This document shows positions 41,093 through 54,486 of a stretch of DNA of 64,000 bases, piece after piece. The first letter of the stretch is position 1; each line of letters begins with the position of its first letter. The position numbers were made by a program, and so were the translations under genes. A model generated the notes under the pieces. The model had not been told where the DNA came from. It worked only from the letters and a program-made list of their open reading frames with translations, and searched no databases. The DNA comes from Lama guanicoe (lineage: Eukaryota). Where the stretch lies: NCBI GenBank assembly GCA_013239625.1, contig MU053758.1:1860001-1924000 (forward strand). The letters are read 5' to 3'.

Positions 41093-41265
41093 TTGACAGC
41101 CCCGACATCCTCTGCATAGCGCTGCATCTCCTCCCGGGCCCTCTCCTCCCGCAGCTCCCGCTGAAGCTCCTCAATCTTCTTGCGCTCAGCCTCATGCTTC
41201 TGCTCGGCCTTCCACACTTTCTCCACATTGCGGAGGGTCTGAGGGTGCCAGCTCTTCTTCAGATT
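41093..41265 (-). CDS. CWC25: CWC25 coding exon 2 (173 bp)
   Basis: NLKKSWHPQTLRNVEKVWKAEQKHEAERKKIEELQRELREERAREEMQRYAEDVGAV (CIR_N-type N-terminus); GCAG/GTAAGC. Confidence 0.97.
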
Positions 41266-42169
41266 CTGCGGTAAATGAAAGGAGGGAGAAAACAATGCAC
41301 GGAGTGGGTGAGTATAATCAGTCCCACCTGGCCCACTTCTCTATTCAAGCCCAGGCAGGCATGTGAGGTGAGACGCCTTTAATAATGGCAGTAATCTCTC
41401 ACACACCAGAGGGTGGTTTGTTTAAGTACATAAAGCTTCAGGGTAGAACAGGCCCCTCCAAAATTCCCTCCAAACACTTCTAACCTGAAATGTCTATGAG
41501 TCTGACCTCCACTGGCCATGCCAGAAGTCAGGGTTGATGATGACAATACAAGAGGAATGGGACAGGGACATGGGAAGGGATAGACTCTGAAAGGCAAAAG
41601 AACTCAAGTGCCTTTGGCACTGGACATTCATTCTTATGAACACAATCTTCTTTTCCTTGAGTCCACTTAACCTGCCAGAAACTTGCATGGTTTACAACCC
41701 CACCTAGTACCTCTTTCAACCTTCCTTCCCAAGATTCTCCCCCTGGTTCGGATCTTCCCCTTCACCCTCAAGGAATGCTTCTCCTCTCCCTCCTCCCCAT
41801 GAGCCACTGCTTTGGTTCAGCTTCCCAATCAGGGAAGGTTTCCTGGAGGAAGTGACATTTAAGAACAATTACAAATTAGCCCAGTGATCTAAGAAGAGGG
41901 GAGGACAAGTGTAGGTTTCCAAGCAGAAAGAACAGTACACACAACTGCAGGCCCAGTGGTGAGAAAGAATATCATATAAATAATTCAGCGTGGCTGGAGA
42001 TGGGAGAGAAAGCTGATGGAAAGCAGGCTTAAGATGAAGTCAACCTAAGAAAGCAACAGATTAAGGGCCTTCTAAGCCATGTTAAGGGATTGGATTTTAG
42101 TGGAAAACACTAAACATTCATATGCAGGTGAGAGGCATGACCAGCCTAGCATGTTAAGAATGGACTAGA

Positions 42170-42281
42170 GGGTGGTAGGGTACAGCTCAGGGGTAGAGGG
42201 TGTGCTCAGCATGGGTTCAATCCCCAGTACCTCCATTAAAACAAACAAGCAAACAAACAGACCAAATTACCTACCTCTCCA
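42170..42281 (+). mobile_element. Vic-1-like SINE (internally deleted)
   Basis: 'gggtacagctcaggggtagag...gggttcaatccccagtacctcc...aattacc'. Confidence 0.8.
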
Positions 42282-42499
42282 CCATATATTGGTTTGGAGA
42301 GGACCAAGCTTGAAGACTAGTTAAGAAGTCTAAATGAGAAAAGGGACACAAGGTACCCAGCATGTGGAAGGTGTTCAGTCAATGAGGGCTCCCTTTTTTT
42401 TCCTTTTCTCTCTCTTCTTGTCCTCCCTTTCCCTTTGTCAGGTTGTTCAGTCCTTCCTTTCTCCTCCACCCTGTACCTTGTCCTAATGGTTCTTCTCTC

Positions 42500-42705
42500 T
42501 CACCTTCAATATGCGTGACTTTGCCTACCAGGGAACATTTGGCAATGTCTGGAGACATTTTTGGTTGTCACAACTTAGGGAAAAGGGCTCAGGGGCTAGA
42601 GGCCAGGGATGCTGCTAAACATCCTACATGCACAAAAGCACACACACAACAAAGAATTATCCAGTCCAAAATGTCAATAGTGTCAAATGAGAGTGAGAAA
42701 CTCTG
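42500..42705 (+). mobile_element. MER20-like hAT DNA transposon
   Basis: 'acatttggcaatgtctggagacatttttggttgtcacaac...tagaggccagggatgctgctaaacatcctac...ccaaaatgtcaatagtg'. Confidence 0.8.
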
Positions 42706-43439
42706 GATCAGAGCTTTCCTGTCCCTAATGTGGCTACTTGAAGACACTGAATTGGATGAACCTTGATGGCATCTTGTAACTCATGCTAATTGATAACACC
42801 TGACAAATTTCAATATAGCTACTGGACAGGTGACTAAACAGATCTATCTGCTGATTCAATTAGCTGCAGTTTCAGGACATAAGCATTTTTCTGATCTTGC
42901 ACTATGCTCTTGTGTGTACATCTGTCCAGTTAGGGGCCTTAGCCCCCTACAAGTGAACTACACAGTTTAAGAGAAATAAACACATAACTTATATTAAGTG
43001 CTATGACTTCAGAAGAAAGCTCTGCCTCTACAGACCAGAATGCAGGCCAGAAGGAGTGGAAATCAGAAAGGGGAACATAAGAAAGAGCTCTTCAGGCTTA
43101 AAATAGACTCAGGACATGGCTCACGGACCAGGAGAATGGAACACAAAATCACCCCTACGACAGCCCAGGACATGACGGAACTCATAGCTGAGGAAAGATG
43201 TGTCCCAAGACAAGGTATACAAAACAAAGTCTGCGTGACATGTCCTTCATACCCGCCTCCTTTCCTAGCCAGGATTCCAACCGCCCCCGGGCCTGCTCAG
43301 AATTTCCAACCGGAAGGCACCCCCCGTCAACAACCACCACCTGCCACCCTTGGCGACACACCTCACACACCTCCCCAAGTCTCCCCCCGTCCCTCCATGG
43401 CCTTAACGATTCATCCCATGTCCAGGGATATAGCTTCCT

Positions 43440-44090
43440 CTCTCCGAAAGCACAGCTGCATTGCCATGGTTACCCACTCCCACCCCCGCCAATTTCCGCC
43501 CCCAGCCCCAGTCGGTCTCCGGCCTCAGTCCTCCCCAACCCTGGGCTCCCTCACTTACGAGGTCTCCGCCCCCCATGATGGTGGAGACGTTTCCTCGCTA
43601 GGTGAACCTGGAAGACTCAGGAAGAATCGAGAAGAAACGCAGAGAAATAATTCAGCTGCGACCTCCCCAGAACTGGTCCCGGGGGCTACAGACTGCCACT
43701 TTCTCTGCCGATTCTGAGCCCACTTCCGGGAGGGCGTCCTATTCCAGCGACCGCGTCTCAGGACGATGACGTGTAATACTCGCTGTCGCGCTGCGTGGCG
43801 GTAACGTCACGGGCAGTTCCACAGGTTGTGGCGGTGATATCGCGGGGTCTGTGGTTTCATTTTGGACGCCTTGGGCTGGCACCTCTCCTGGTTTCTCGAA
43901 GTGTGTTAAAACGTCGCGACTCTGTCGGGTTACAACTGGTCCTGGGCCTAATCCCGCGGTTCTGTTGCCATGGCAGCGCACCACGACGGCGTCACTGCCG
44001 AGCTGTACTGGGGGTCTCCCTCTCGAGGCTCCAGCGTGGACCATCCTAGGCCGCCCGGCGTTTCCGAAAGGCTCTTCAAACCCGCACTAT
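43440..44090. promoter_or_regulatory. CWC25 promoter CpG island
   Basis: CpG-rich; ETS CACTTCCGG (~43722), CRE-like TGACGT/ACGTCA (~43767, ~43804), X-box-like motifs at 43460 and 43964. Confidence 0.8.
43559..43576 (-). CDS. CWC25: CWC25 coding exon 1 (ATG at 43576; MGGGDL); spliced CDS 1266 nt = 421 aa spliceosome step-1 factor
   Basis: ATG GGG GGC GGA GAC CTC then GTAAGT donor; MGGGDLNLKKSWHP is the conserved CWC25 N-terminus. Confidence 0.95.
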
Positions 44091-46269
44091 CCTCAGACCT
44101 TGAGTCATTGCCAGCCCCCTTACTCTGGGCCCATTTTACCGAGTTAAATAGAAACCATCGAACCAAAGTTCCATCAGCTTCCCTGCACCAAACCTTTAGA
44201 ATCTGCCAACTTCCCTTCTTTACTTTCCTTTCTTTCACGGTGAAAGAGGCTTCCCTCCTATCTGCCCTGGATCCCACCCCTCACATCTGGTATTATTCAA
44301 TTCCTCCTTCTCTCCTCTGTCTCCCTGTATATTGGCTTTTGATCATCGTTTTAGATACGTTCAACTGATCCTTAAAAAAACAAAAGGAAAAAAAAGAAAA
44401 AGGCCTCTGTCTTTCCCCCAGCTGCTGCACTCTTCCCCGTCTTAGGCAAACTTGAAACGAGTTGTCTCCTCAGGAGGAGATAAGATGCCTCCTCTTCATC
44501 CTCTGCTTAACCTAAACCCTCCGCTCAACTATTCTTCCCCTGTATTTAAGTCAAGTGACACATTTCATCCTCATTTGGACCACCCCTAGCCTTTGGTATT
44601 GAGGACCACTCTCCTAATCAAAACACTTTTCACTTGACTTCCTATCACTCTCCAAATTTTCCTTCTCTAGACCCTTCTCAGGAGACATTTCTTTTCTTTA
44701 TCCTTTCTCTTATGTTCTGTCTTAGGTCTTTTCACACTAAGTGCTCTCCTTCGGTGATCTCATCTACTCTCAGGGCTTCAGTTACCACCTATATGCTGAT
44801 AAATCCCAAATTCTTTATCTCCAGTCATAGGTCTCCCTCTTTCAAGCTGCGGAGTTTAAAGCCTGGCTGTTTAGGTGTTTCCAATGGGACATCTGGAAGG
44901 CATATAAACTGAGTGCTTTATCTCACTTATCCCTACACCCCAAATCCAGCTCTTTCTCCCCCATTACCGCCACTTCTCCATCTAGACTTCATTCTAGATC
45001 TCTCCCTCACCTCCAACATCACAAGATTCTAACTGCTAAACATCTCTCAAATCTAAGTGACCTCACCATAGTCATTCACCACCTGCCTCGTTCAGGCCAC
45101 CATCATCCCTCACTTGGTAGAAGTCCATTTCCCCTCCTTCAGTTTTATCCCTTACAGGTCTATGCAGTCTTATAGCTTAGAGTGATCGCTCTATAATGCA
45201 AATATGGTTGCATGGTCCACTGCTTTAAAACCTTTAATAGCTCCCCATTATTTATACTATAAAGCCCACATTTTTAACATGTCAGTTCGTTTCATGAACT
45301 GACCCTTCTTTCTTCTCCAGCCTCATAAGACTTCCTACCCCTCATTCACTATGCTAAAGCTAAACTTTTATTTCCCTGGTCAAACACTCTTAACAAGATA
45401 CTCAAAAAAATTTTTTTTTGATGGGTAACACATTGTAAATATGTTTTAAAAGATAAAAAAGTCAATTCAGTAAAAGTCTCCCACCAACCTTATACCCTTC
45501 TCAATCATAGTTCATTTATACCATGTTTCCTTTAAGTACCTTTATAATTTTATATTAAATATTTAAGTCTTTGATGCATTTGGAATTTATTTTTTATTTT
45601 GTCTTTTTAGTTGGCTACACATACACCTCAACACTTCTACGGAATAATCTTATATTTCCCCCATCGCTAGTGTGAAATATGTGTGTGTGTGTGTGTGTGT
45701 ATAATTATATTCCCATTTGTATCTGAGGCTGTTTCTGGATTCTCCAGTCCATACCATTAATTCATTAATTCATCTATTCATGTATTATTACCAAATTGTC
45801 CTAATAGCTTTTTTTTTAATGATGGAGACCTACTTTTCCGTCACTTCCGTTCTCTTTCTGGAGTTTCTTAGCTCTTCTTACAATTTTATTTTTCCGAATG
45901 AACTTTCAAGTCAGCTTGTCCAGTTCCAGCAACAATGATTTTTGTGTCATTATTGAGGGACATATTAAATTTGTAGATTAAATTAGGTGGATTATATTAT
46001 AGTACTTACCCTGTGTTATAACTGCCTGTATACTTGTGTGTATCCCTGTAAGTTCCATAATGCTAAAGACCTTCACCTTTGTGTCCGTTATGCCTGGCAC
46101 AGTTTCTGGCACATAGTAGTTGCTTAATTAAGTGTTGTTAAATGAATATATGGATGAATAAATGGATGGATGAGCTTAAAGTCACAGCCGACCAAGATGT
46201 TCTCCTTAGGGCATGACCTCATAGAAATAATAATAATCATTCACAATAATAATGGGGGTTATGTGTATG

Positions 46270-46490
46270 AAAGTGCAATGGCTTTGACTTGAGTTTGAAT
46301 CTCAAGTCTGTCAGGTAGGTTATGTGAAGGTAGGTTATGGACAAGTTACATAACCTCTCTGAGGTTTTCTCCTCATTTGTAAAATAAGAACAATACCACC
46401 TACCCTGCAAAGTTGTTATGAGAATTAGATGCAATAACATTTATAAAGCATTTCCAATACTGTCTGGCAGATAGTAGGTGCTCAATAAAT
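46270..46490 (+). mobile_element. MIR SINE
   Basis: MIR core 'gacaagttacataacctctctgaggttttctcctcatttgtaaaat...tagtaggtgctcaataaatg'. Confidence 0.75.
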
Positions 46491-46892
46491 GATCATTCTG
46501 CCTACGATATCACCAATATCCATAGTAACTTCTCTTCTAGGGCCCCATTCTGATTGACACCCAAAGGTGAGGAGGAAAAAGATGTTTCTAAGAATCAGTG
46601 GTGCCATAGTTTTGTGATTTTAAGTATTTGGAAACAGGACAGGGTTATTTTTGAGGTGAGAACTGAAATTGCAGGAACTACATGAATCAATTTCTTTTCA
46701 CCAGTGTTTCTCAAAGTATGACCTGGGGACTGCCTATAATAGAGTGCCTTGTAGGTCTTCTTAAACATGACAGTTCCGGGGCCCTACCCCTGAACCTGAG
46801 AAGACAGACTTCTCAGGGGTGGGATCTTAAGATTCTAGCAAGTTCTTAATGAGATTTATACACACACTAGAGTTTGAAAACTACTGCTTTAG

Positions 46893-47030
46893 CGGGGTGG
46901 GTACAGCTCAGTGGTAGACTGTGTGCTTAGCATGCATGAGGTCCTGGGTTCAATTCCCAGTACCTCCAAGTAAAAATAAGTAAGTGAACCTAATTACCCC
47001 CCAAAAAAAAGATAAGTAAAAAAAAAAAAA
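46893..47030 (+). mobile_element. Vic-1-like SINE
   Basis: tRNA-like head, 'acctaattacccccc', poly(A). Confidence 0.88.
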
Positions 47031-47723
47031 GATGGAACATTGACATCATCTGCAGAAAGTTCCCTCACTTGTCTTCCCAGTTAATCTTTGTCTCAACCCC
47101 CACCCCACAGGCAACCACTCCTGTGTTTTTTTTCCCCCACCATACATTAGTTTTGCCTGTTCTAGAATTACATACCAATGGAATAAATACTATACCTACT
47201 CATTTGTATAGGCTTTTATTCAGAGTAATACTTGTAAGATTCATCTATCTTGTATCAGTAATTTACTCTTTTTTATTGGTGAGTAGTATTTTACTGTATG
47301 TGTAAACTACAGATTTTTCAAATCATTTTCCCATTGGTGAGCCCCAGTCTGTTTTTAGGTTTGCCTATTATGAATAAAGCAGCTATGAACATTTCTATAT
47401 ACATAGGTCTGTGAGCATATGGTATTATTTATCTTGAGTAAAATCCTAGGAATGGAATTGCTGGGCCATAGGTCAATATATTTTAGTTTTATACAGACAG
47501 CCAGATCTTTTCCCAAAATGGTATACCATTTTATATTCCCACCAATTTGATTGAGAGTTGGTTTTGGTGTTGTCAGTCTTTTTAATTTTAGTCATTCTGA
47601 TACATGTGATGTGTCACAATGTGATTTTAATTTGCACTTTTCTGATGACTAATGGTATTAACTACTTTTCTATGGATTTATTGGACATTTATTTGTAACT
47701 CATCTTTTATGAAGTATTTCCTC

Positions 47724-47848
47724 AGGGGAGGGTATAGCTCAAATGGCAGAGTGCATGCTTGGTATGCATGAAGTCCTGGGTTCAATCCCCACTACTTCTT
47801 CTGTAAATAAGTAGGAAAACTTAATTACCCCCCTCAAAAAACATAAAT
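47724..47848 (+). mobile_element. Vic-1-like SINE inside an old minus-strand L1
   Basis: 'ggggagggtatagctcaaatggcagagtgcatgcttggtatgcatgaagtcctgggttcaatcccc'. Confidence 0.88.
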
Positions 47849-48092
47849 GTCTCTTCAAGTCATTTCTTCATTTCTTAACTGGGTTGTTTACACTCTTTTT
47901 ACTTTGGGGTTATAAGAGTTCTTTACATATTCCAGACACCAGTTCTTTGTCAGGTATATGTTTTGCAAATGATTTATCCTAGTCAGGACTTGCATATTTA
48001 TTTTCTTAACAGTGTCTTTTGATAAGCAGACATTTTAAACTTTGGTGAAGTCTAATTTATCAATATTTTCTTTTATGCCTTTTGTGTCCTCT

Positions 48093-48539
48093 TGTTAAAG
48101 AAAAAATTGTTCATTACACTTGTTAAGGAACAGTGGTAAGGAAGATTTTATTTAAGGGGAGGGCAACCAAATAGTTATGGAGTCTTGAAATGGGGGAGAG
48201 AGATTGCACTCAACTCTGAATACAGCATGGGCAAGTGGGAGTTTACTGCGAAGCAGCAGCACAGGGGTTGGTGGATGGAAAATCACTAACATAAAATATC
48301 AAGGACAAGGGGAGATTCTGGCTAAACCAACCTAAAGGCAGGCCAGGGTGGTCACATGTCACCTGCAGGATGGTAGGGGATAAGGAACTAGATCAGATGC
48401 GAAAGGTGATCAGACATGGAGGATGGTGCTAAAATTGGACGATGCAGAGAGGAACATGGAAGTTCAAAACTCAAGACCTAGTTGGAAAAGCTTAGAAGAG
48501 CCTGTCTAAAGTTTGGTCATGGAGGGAACCCTAGTCACA
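48093..48539 (-). mobile_element. Solo ERV1-type LTR (MER31/MER67-like)
   Basis: TG...CA ends; 'gagagagattgcactcaactctgaatacagcatgggcaagtgggagttt' motif; interrupts an L1. Confidence 0.55.
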
Positions 48540-48833
48540 CACTAAGAAAACTTTGCCTACCCTAAAATCAGAGAGAGAATCTCCTGTCTTCCTTTAACAG
48601 CTTTATGGTATATGATCCTTCTTGAATTAAATTTTTGAGACAATCATTTACTTATTGGACAGGGCAAGGTCATTTAAAGAGAGGAACATCATAAAAATGT
48701 GTTTAGCTTGGAGTTACAAGCATCAGTGCTCACAGCTCCACTCAATACATCCCAGAAACAGGCCACATACAACAAGGAAGGTGTTATCATGCCACTCAAA
48801 AATAAGCCACAATGCTTAGGAGACCACTGCGAA

Positions 48834-49230
48834 TGTTAAAAAAACAAACAACAGGCCCCATAATGGAGTCAATTGTGCTAAGCCCCACATAAGCAAACCA
48901 GTACTTAACACTTAAACTAATTGTAGTTTCAGCCTCTCCCAGGAATGTGACCTGTCAATTTGGAATTATCTGGTCAACACTACACTAGTGAGGTAATCTA
49001 CTTGATAGATCCCCCAATTTCCCCCAAAAGGAAGGTGACTTTGCCTGAAACAATCTATTCATTACTAAAATAACTTCCTTGCTCCTCCTTCTGTGTATAA
49101 AATATTGCATTTTGTACAGCTCCTCAGAGCTTCTTTTAATTCGCTAGATGGGATGCTACCCTAGTTATGAATTGTTGAATAAAACCAATTAGATCTTCAA
49201 ATTTACTTAATTGAATTTTGTTTTTTAACA
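48834..49230 (+). mobile_element. Solo ERV1-type LTR (MER89/MER34-like)
   Basis: TGTTAAA...TTTAACA inverted ends, TATAAAA at ~49097, AATAAA at ~49178. Confidence 0.65.
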
Positions 49231-49342
49231 GGAGTTACAGAGCATAATGATAGTCTCCAATTCACTGGTCTGCATTTTCTGTGGTTGGGCCAGTAGCCCA
49301 TAGCATTTGACTGGTTCTGTGGTTATTAAGAAATGAATCTTG

Positions 49343-49430
49343 TGGGGAGGGTATAGCTCAGTGGTAGAGCACATGCTTAGGATGCACAGGGCCCTGGGTT
49401 CAATTCTTGGTACCTCCATTAGAAAAAAAA
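49343..49430 (+). mobile_element. Vic-1-like SINE (short form)
   Basis: 'ggggagggtatagctcagtggtagagcacatgcttagg...gggttcaatt' + A tail. Confidence 0.88.
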
Positions 49431-50263
49431 AGTGAGTCTTCCTGTATTATCTCTATTCAAGAACAGAGAGCCTTGAATAGTACACATGTGTGGATGTCAC
49501 TAAAATCATAGTCAACTACAGACTTAACTAGCTCACATTACTAAATTTTGGGTCTACCCTAGGTTGTGATGAGCCATCTCTGGGATTTATTTTTGTATAT
49601 AGTATGAGATTCTCATCTTCCATCTGGATATCCAGTTATTCTGGCACCCATTTTTGAAAAGAATTTTTCTCCCCATTGAATTATTTTGGTGCCTTGTTAA
49701 ACAGCAAATGATCAGATAAGTGTGGGTCTATTTCTGGGCTCTCTATTCTCCACAGCTGATTTATTTGTCAATCCTTATGTCAGTGCCATCTGTCTCAATT
49801 ACCACAGCTTTATATAAAGTTTGGAAAGTAGGCAGTGTTAAGTCATTCAATTTTGTTCCTTTCTTTGAGGATTACTTTGGATATTCTAGGACTTTTGTAT
49901 TTCCACATATATTTTAGTTGACAACTTAAAAGTGCTGGGATTTGATGGGGATTTTGCTGAGTCTATGGCTTTGGAGAACTGACATCCCCTATCACTTCAA
50001 AACGAGTCTTCAGTATGCGCACATGGTATATTCTTCCATTTATTTGGGAGTTCTTTAATTCCAGCAGTGTTTTGTAATTTTAAAAATAGAGGTCTTGCAC
50101 ATCTTTTGTTAAATTTACTTATTTGTCTTTGTCATGCTATTTTTTGATTGAGATATTTTTATTTTACTTTTATTTTTTAACAAAAAATTATTAAAATAAT
50201 AGAAATGACCCAAATGTCCATAAATAGAATGGGTAAATAAACTGTTAGACAATCAGACAATGA

Positions 50264-50400
50264 GGGGGGAAGGGTATAGCCCAATGATAGAGCTCCTACC
50301 TAGTGCGTCCTGGGTTCAATCCCCATTACCTCCATTGAATAAATAAGTAAACCTAATTATCACCCCCAGCAAAAGTCAATAAATATATAAATAAAAAGAA
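50264..50400 (+). mobile_element. Vic-1-like SINE
   Basis: Degenerate head plus 'aaataagtaaacctaatta' tail. Confidence 0.8.
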
Positions 50401-50890
50401 AAAAATCAATGAAAAATGACAATAAAAAAGAAAACACTGATAAAGACAACATGAATATACCTCACAGACTTAACATTAAGTAAAAGAACCAGGAAGTATG
50501 TACTGACCATATGCTGTAGTATTTCCACTTATATAAAGGTCAGAAACAGGCAAAACAAGTCTATAATGTTCTTGTCAGGACACAGGTAACCTTTAGTGGC
50601 AGAAGGACCACAAAAGCGCCTGGGGAGGGATGCTGGACGCTGGTCATCCAGGTGTGCACAAGGTGGGATGAACTGCACACTTTTGATAAATGCTCTTTTC
50701 TCTACATATGCTTCAGTAAAAGTAAAAAAGAAAGCAATCAATCATTATGTCACCAAGAAGTGGTGGCAAAGTAGGTTTGGGGCTGCAGGTCCAAGCATGC
50801 TTCCCAAACCTGGCACAGAACTTGAAAAAGCACATCTCATTGTTACTGTTACTGTCTCTGAACACTAAATGCAAGAATTGAGCTAAGTTA

Positions 50891-50990
50891 GGGGAAGGAG
50901 ATAGCTCAGTGGTACAGTATATGCTTAGCATGCCTGAGGTTATAGGTTCAATCCCTGTTAAAGTCCTTTTTAGTCTCCATTTAAAAAAAA
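50891..50990 (+). mobile_element. Vic-1-like SINE
   Basis: 'ggggaaggagatagctcagtggtacagtatatgcttagcatg...ggttcaatccc'. Confidence 0.8.
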
Positions 50991-51948
50991 ACTATAAAAA
51001 GAATTGAATTAAATTGAATGTAGGACACCCAGCTGATAGCCACAGAGAACTGGAGAATAGCTTGGTGTGGGAAAAACCCTTACACATTTGGTAGTCAGAG
51101 AATTGAACCTGTAAGTAGGAGAAACTATTTTCTTTTCATATGTAAAAATATAATTTTTTGGTGTATTAACCTTATGCTTTACAAACTTGCTAAATTCACT
51201 TATTAGTTCTCGTAGTTGTTTTAAATGTATTCAGGATCTACTTCAATTTATTTTGAAAAAGAAACTTCAAAAGAGAATCAGCCCTTTGGAAAACAGTCTA
51301 GCAGTTCCTCAAAAGGTTAAATATAAGTTCCCATATGACCCAGCAATTCCATTTCTCAATTTATACTCAAATTAAATGAAAACATGTACCCAGACAAAAA
51401 CTTCTACATGAATATTCATGTTGATGAAATAAAAGTCATTTTTTGGCAAGACAAGAAAAATTTAAACATAAAAATTTTCTACGCCGGTTTGGGCCTTCTC
51501 CCTCCCCTTTAGTGTGTACTGTGTATCTGCATTAACCAAATCTCTTTAGGAGATAAACTTCCTTTTTCTTAATCTGATCAAAGGTCATAATTCCTTAGGA
51601 GATGACCTTCCTTCTTAATCTTGTAAGGTGCCACATGACCTATAACCTCCCCACTATTGTCTTTTAATTACTAGGGTAAAAAGGTGGAGGTGGCTAGGCA
51701 TGTTGAAAGCAACTTCCAATATTGTGCTGGCATGTGTCTATCAAAATAGCAATACAGCAAAAAGGGCAGGAAATGGAAGACAGTTTTCATTTAACTGAAT
51801 GTGTATCATTTTGATAAAGTTACATCTATTCTTTGGCCAACAGCTGCCATCCTGTAAGAAGTATCCAGTGTGTGCCTAGCATAGAATAGGTGTTCTGTAT
51901 TGTGGCTACTCTGAACAAATGAGTAAATGAATGAATTCAAGAATGCAA

Positions 51949-52462
51949 ACCTAAATGTCCTTCGACCAATGAATGGGTAAGGAAGTTACTATGGATATAG
52001 ATAATATACAATGGAATACTACTCAGCCATAAAAAAGAATGAAATAATGCCATTTGCAGCAACATGGATGAACCTAGGGATTATCATATTAAATGATGTA
52101 AGTCAGAAAGAGAAAGACAAATACCATACATCACTCATGTGGAATCTAAAATATGATACAAATGAACTTATTTACAGAACAGAAACAGACTCACAGACAT
52201 GAAAAACAAACCTATGGTTACCAAAGGGGAAAAGGGGTAGAGGAGGGATAAATTAGGAGTTTGGGATTAGTAAATATAAACTTTTATATATAAAATAAAC
52301 AACAAGGTCCTACTGTAAAGCACAGGGAACTGTATTCAATATCCTGTAATAAACCATAATGGAAACAAATATATGTATAACTGAATCACTTTGCTGTACA
52401 CTAGAAGTTAACACAACATTGTAAATCAACTATACTTCAATTCCAAAAGATGTGGGGAAAAA
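51949..52462 (+). mobile_element. L1 3' end with TSD
   Basis: MEYYSAIKKNEIMPFAATWMNL ORF2 tail + 3'UTR; aagaatgcaa on both flanks. Confidence 0.9.
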
Positions 52463-53934
52463 AAGAATGCAAGAAAACTCTTTCCTGGCCACTGTGAAGA
52501 GAGCAGGCACAAGGAATTCATAAGGAATTCCAACTCAAGAGATAGTCCACATGTGTGTACATGAAAAATCCATAAAAGAATAACTATCACAGAGAAACAA
52601 GGGCTGTGGAACATGTGCATTTAGCTCCACTTCCTCCCAAAACTCCACCAAAATGACAGCAGGTATAACCTGACAAGGACAAAGAGAACTGGAGAGGGAA
52701 CAGAAGGACTGTGTCAAATGGTTTTTGAGGATGGAAAGCAGTGTGGGTGGGGTGGGATGTGTGATTTAGCAGAGAAGTGGAAGCTGAAACCTGTTGGCTC
52801 TGGCAGTGGTTCTCCATCTTGAGCACACAATTTAAATGCCCTGAGAGATAAAGAAATAAATCTGGAGATCTATGTCCCACTAGGCATCAATAGTTCAAAA
52901 ATATCTCTAGGTATACAGCAGTTCCTCACAAAATTAAACATAGAGTAACCATATGATCCAGTAATTCAACTTCTGAGTATATACCCTAAAGAATTTGATT
53001 TGGGAACTAGAACAGCTATTTATATACTCTGATCATACTGTTCATAGTAGCATTAATTAAAGTAGTCAAAATGTGGAAGTAATGCAAATATCCACTGATG
53101 GATGGATAAACAAAGTGTTTATATAGATATAGATATATACAGCCTTAGAAAGGAATGAAATTCTGACACCTGCTACAACATGGAGGAACCTTGAAGACTT
53201 ATGCTAAGAGAAATAAGCCAGACACAAAAGACAAATATTGTATGATTCCACTTATATGAGGTCCTAGAGTAGTCAAATTCATACAGATAGAAAGTAAAAT
53301 GGTGGTTTCCAAGAATGAGAACTGTGGAGAGGAACCAAGAAGAGAACTGACTGATGCTTGAAGAACCCTGGGAAAGCTAGGAACTTGGCACCACCAAGTA
53401 GGCTGCAAATAGAGAATTTTGCTGAAAGTCTGTATAAGGAGCAGTTAAGATCCCCAATTCCATAGGTGAAAGATTTGTTGGAGAGACTGAATCTGTGAGA
53501 CACCTCCACTTCCAATTGGGTGGCCAAGGGCTTTCAGAATGGCAGTTGGGATTAAGTGAAAATCTGCTTATTAAAAAAATGGAGTCATTAGTTCCTTTCC
53601 TCTTCCTTGTCCTACTCCCAAAATGCAGCTCAAGGCAAATATCCCAGGCAGGAGATCTGAATTTTTCTGTGGAAAAATTAAATGACCCAACAAACGGAGG
53701 ATGGTGATCTGCAGATATAGACATTTGGAAGTTCCCAAATGAAAAGGCTGGCTCACTGTTTGGCTCCAAGAAGACTTGATGGGCACAATAAGCAATTAAG
53801 AAGCAAGTGCCCGTAACCCTCTAGGGAGGGGATTGCACAGTGCTGTAAGCAACAGGTTAATATTATTAACCCTTCAGATCAGGCAGAAATAGCTCTTCAA
53901 ATTGTAGGGAAGCTTAGGTTAGAAATTAAGTCTA

Positions 53935-54028
53935 GGAGGGGGAGGGTATAGCTCAGTGGTAGAGCACGTGCTTAGCATGCATGAGATTCTGGGTTCAATC
54001 CCCAGTACCTCTGCTGAACAATTATTAA
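53935..54028 (+). mobile_element. Vic-1-like SINE (short form)
   Basis: 'gggggagggtatagctcagtggtagagcacgtgcttagcatgcatgagattctgggttcaatccccagtacctc'. Confidence 0.88.
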
Positions 54029-54486
54029 AAATTACAACTAGAAAAAGTGGGTGGGTCTTTTCTAAAGTTCTCTCTTTCTTGAGCTGCAAGCAAGTGCTCT
54101 TTCTCTGACAGCAGTGTCTGAATGTGTCAACTTCCACTAGACTGAAAGCTCCCTGAGGACAGCTGCCCTCTTTCATCTTTTAATTCATCGCATCCTTGCA
54201 TGTACCAAGCTCTCAATAATATATACTGTAGGAATGTCTTTTTCTTTACCCTATCATATGTCAGATTGCTAAATTGTGTTCACAATTCTTAGACCTAATT
54301 TTAGATTAAGAATTTTCTCACAAGTTTTGTCTTAACTGACACCCTGCAGGGTCCTCCAGGAGTCTGTCCTAAGCGGTAGTTTGGAATGTGGGAGTAACTA
54401 GTATTTCAGGACAAGAATGAGTTAAGAGTTCTTGTCTTACTCCTATAGTGACCCTGGGGCTGGGAGTGAAGAATTATTTACTCAGT

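Noticed and set aside
43040..43717. 225-aa + strand ORF antisense to CWC25 exon 1
   Set aside because: Pro-rich, no recognisable domain, overlaps promoter/intron; no support for coding beyond length
43900..44100. microRNA at the CWC25 promoter (human MIR4727 is reported near here)
   Set aside because: I cannot recognise a matching hairpin in this sequence
54410..54437. Small inverted repeat GACAAGAA...TTCTTGTC downstream of the tRNA
   Set aside because: 8-bp stem beyond the Pol III terminator; expected by chance in 64 kb
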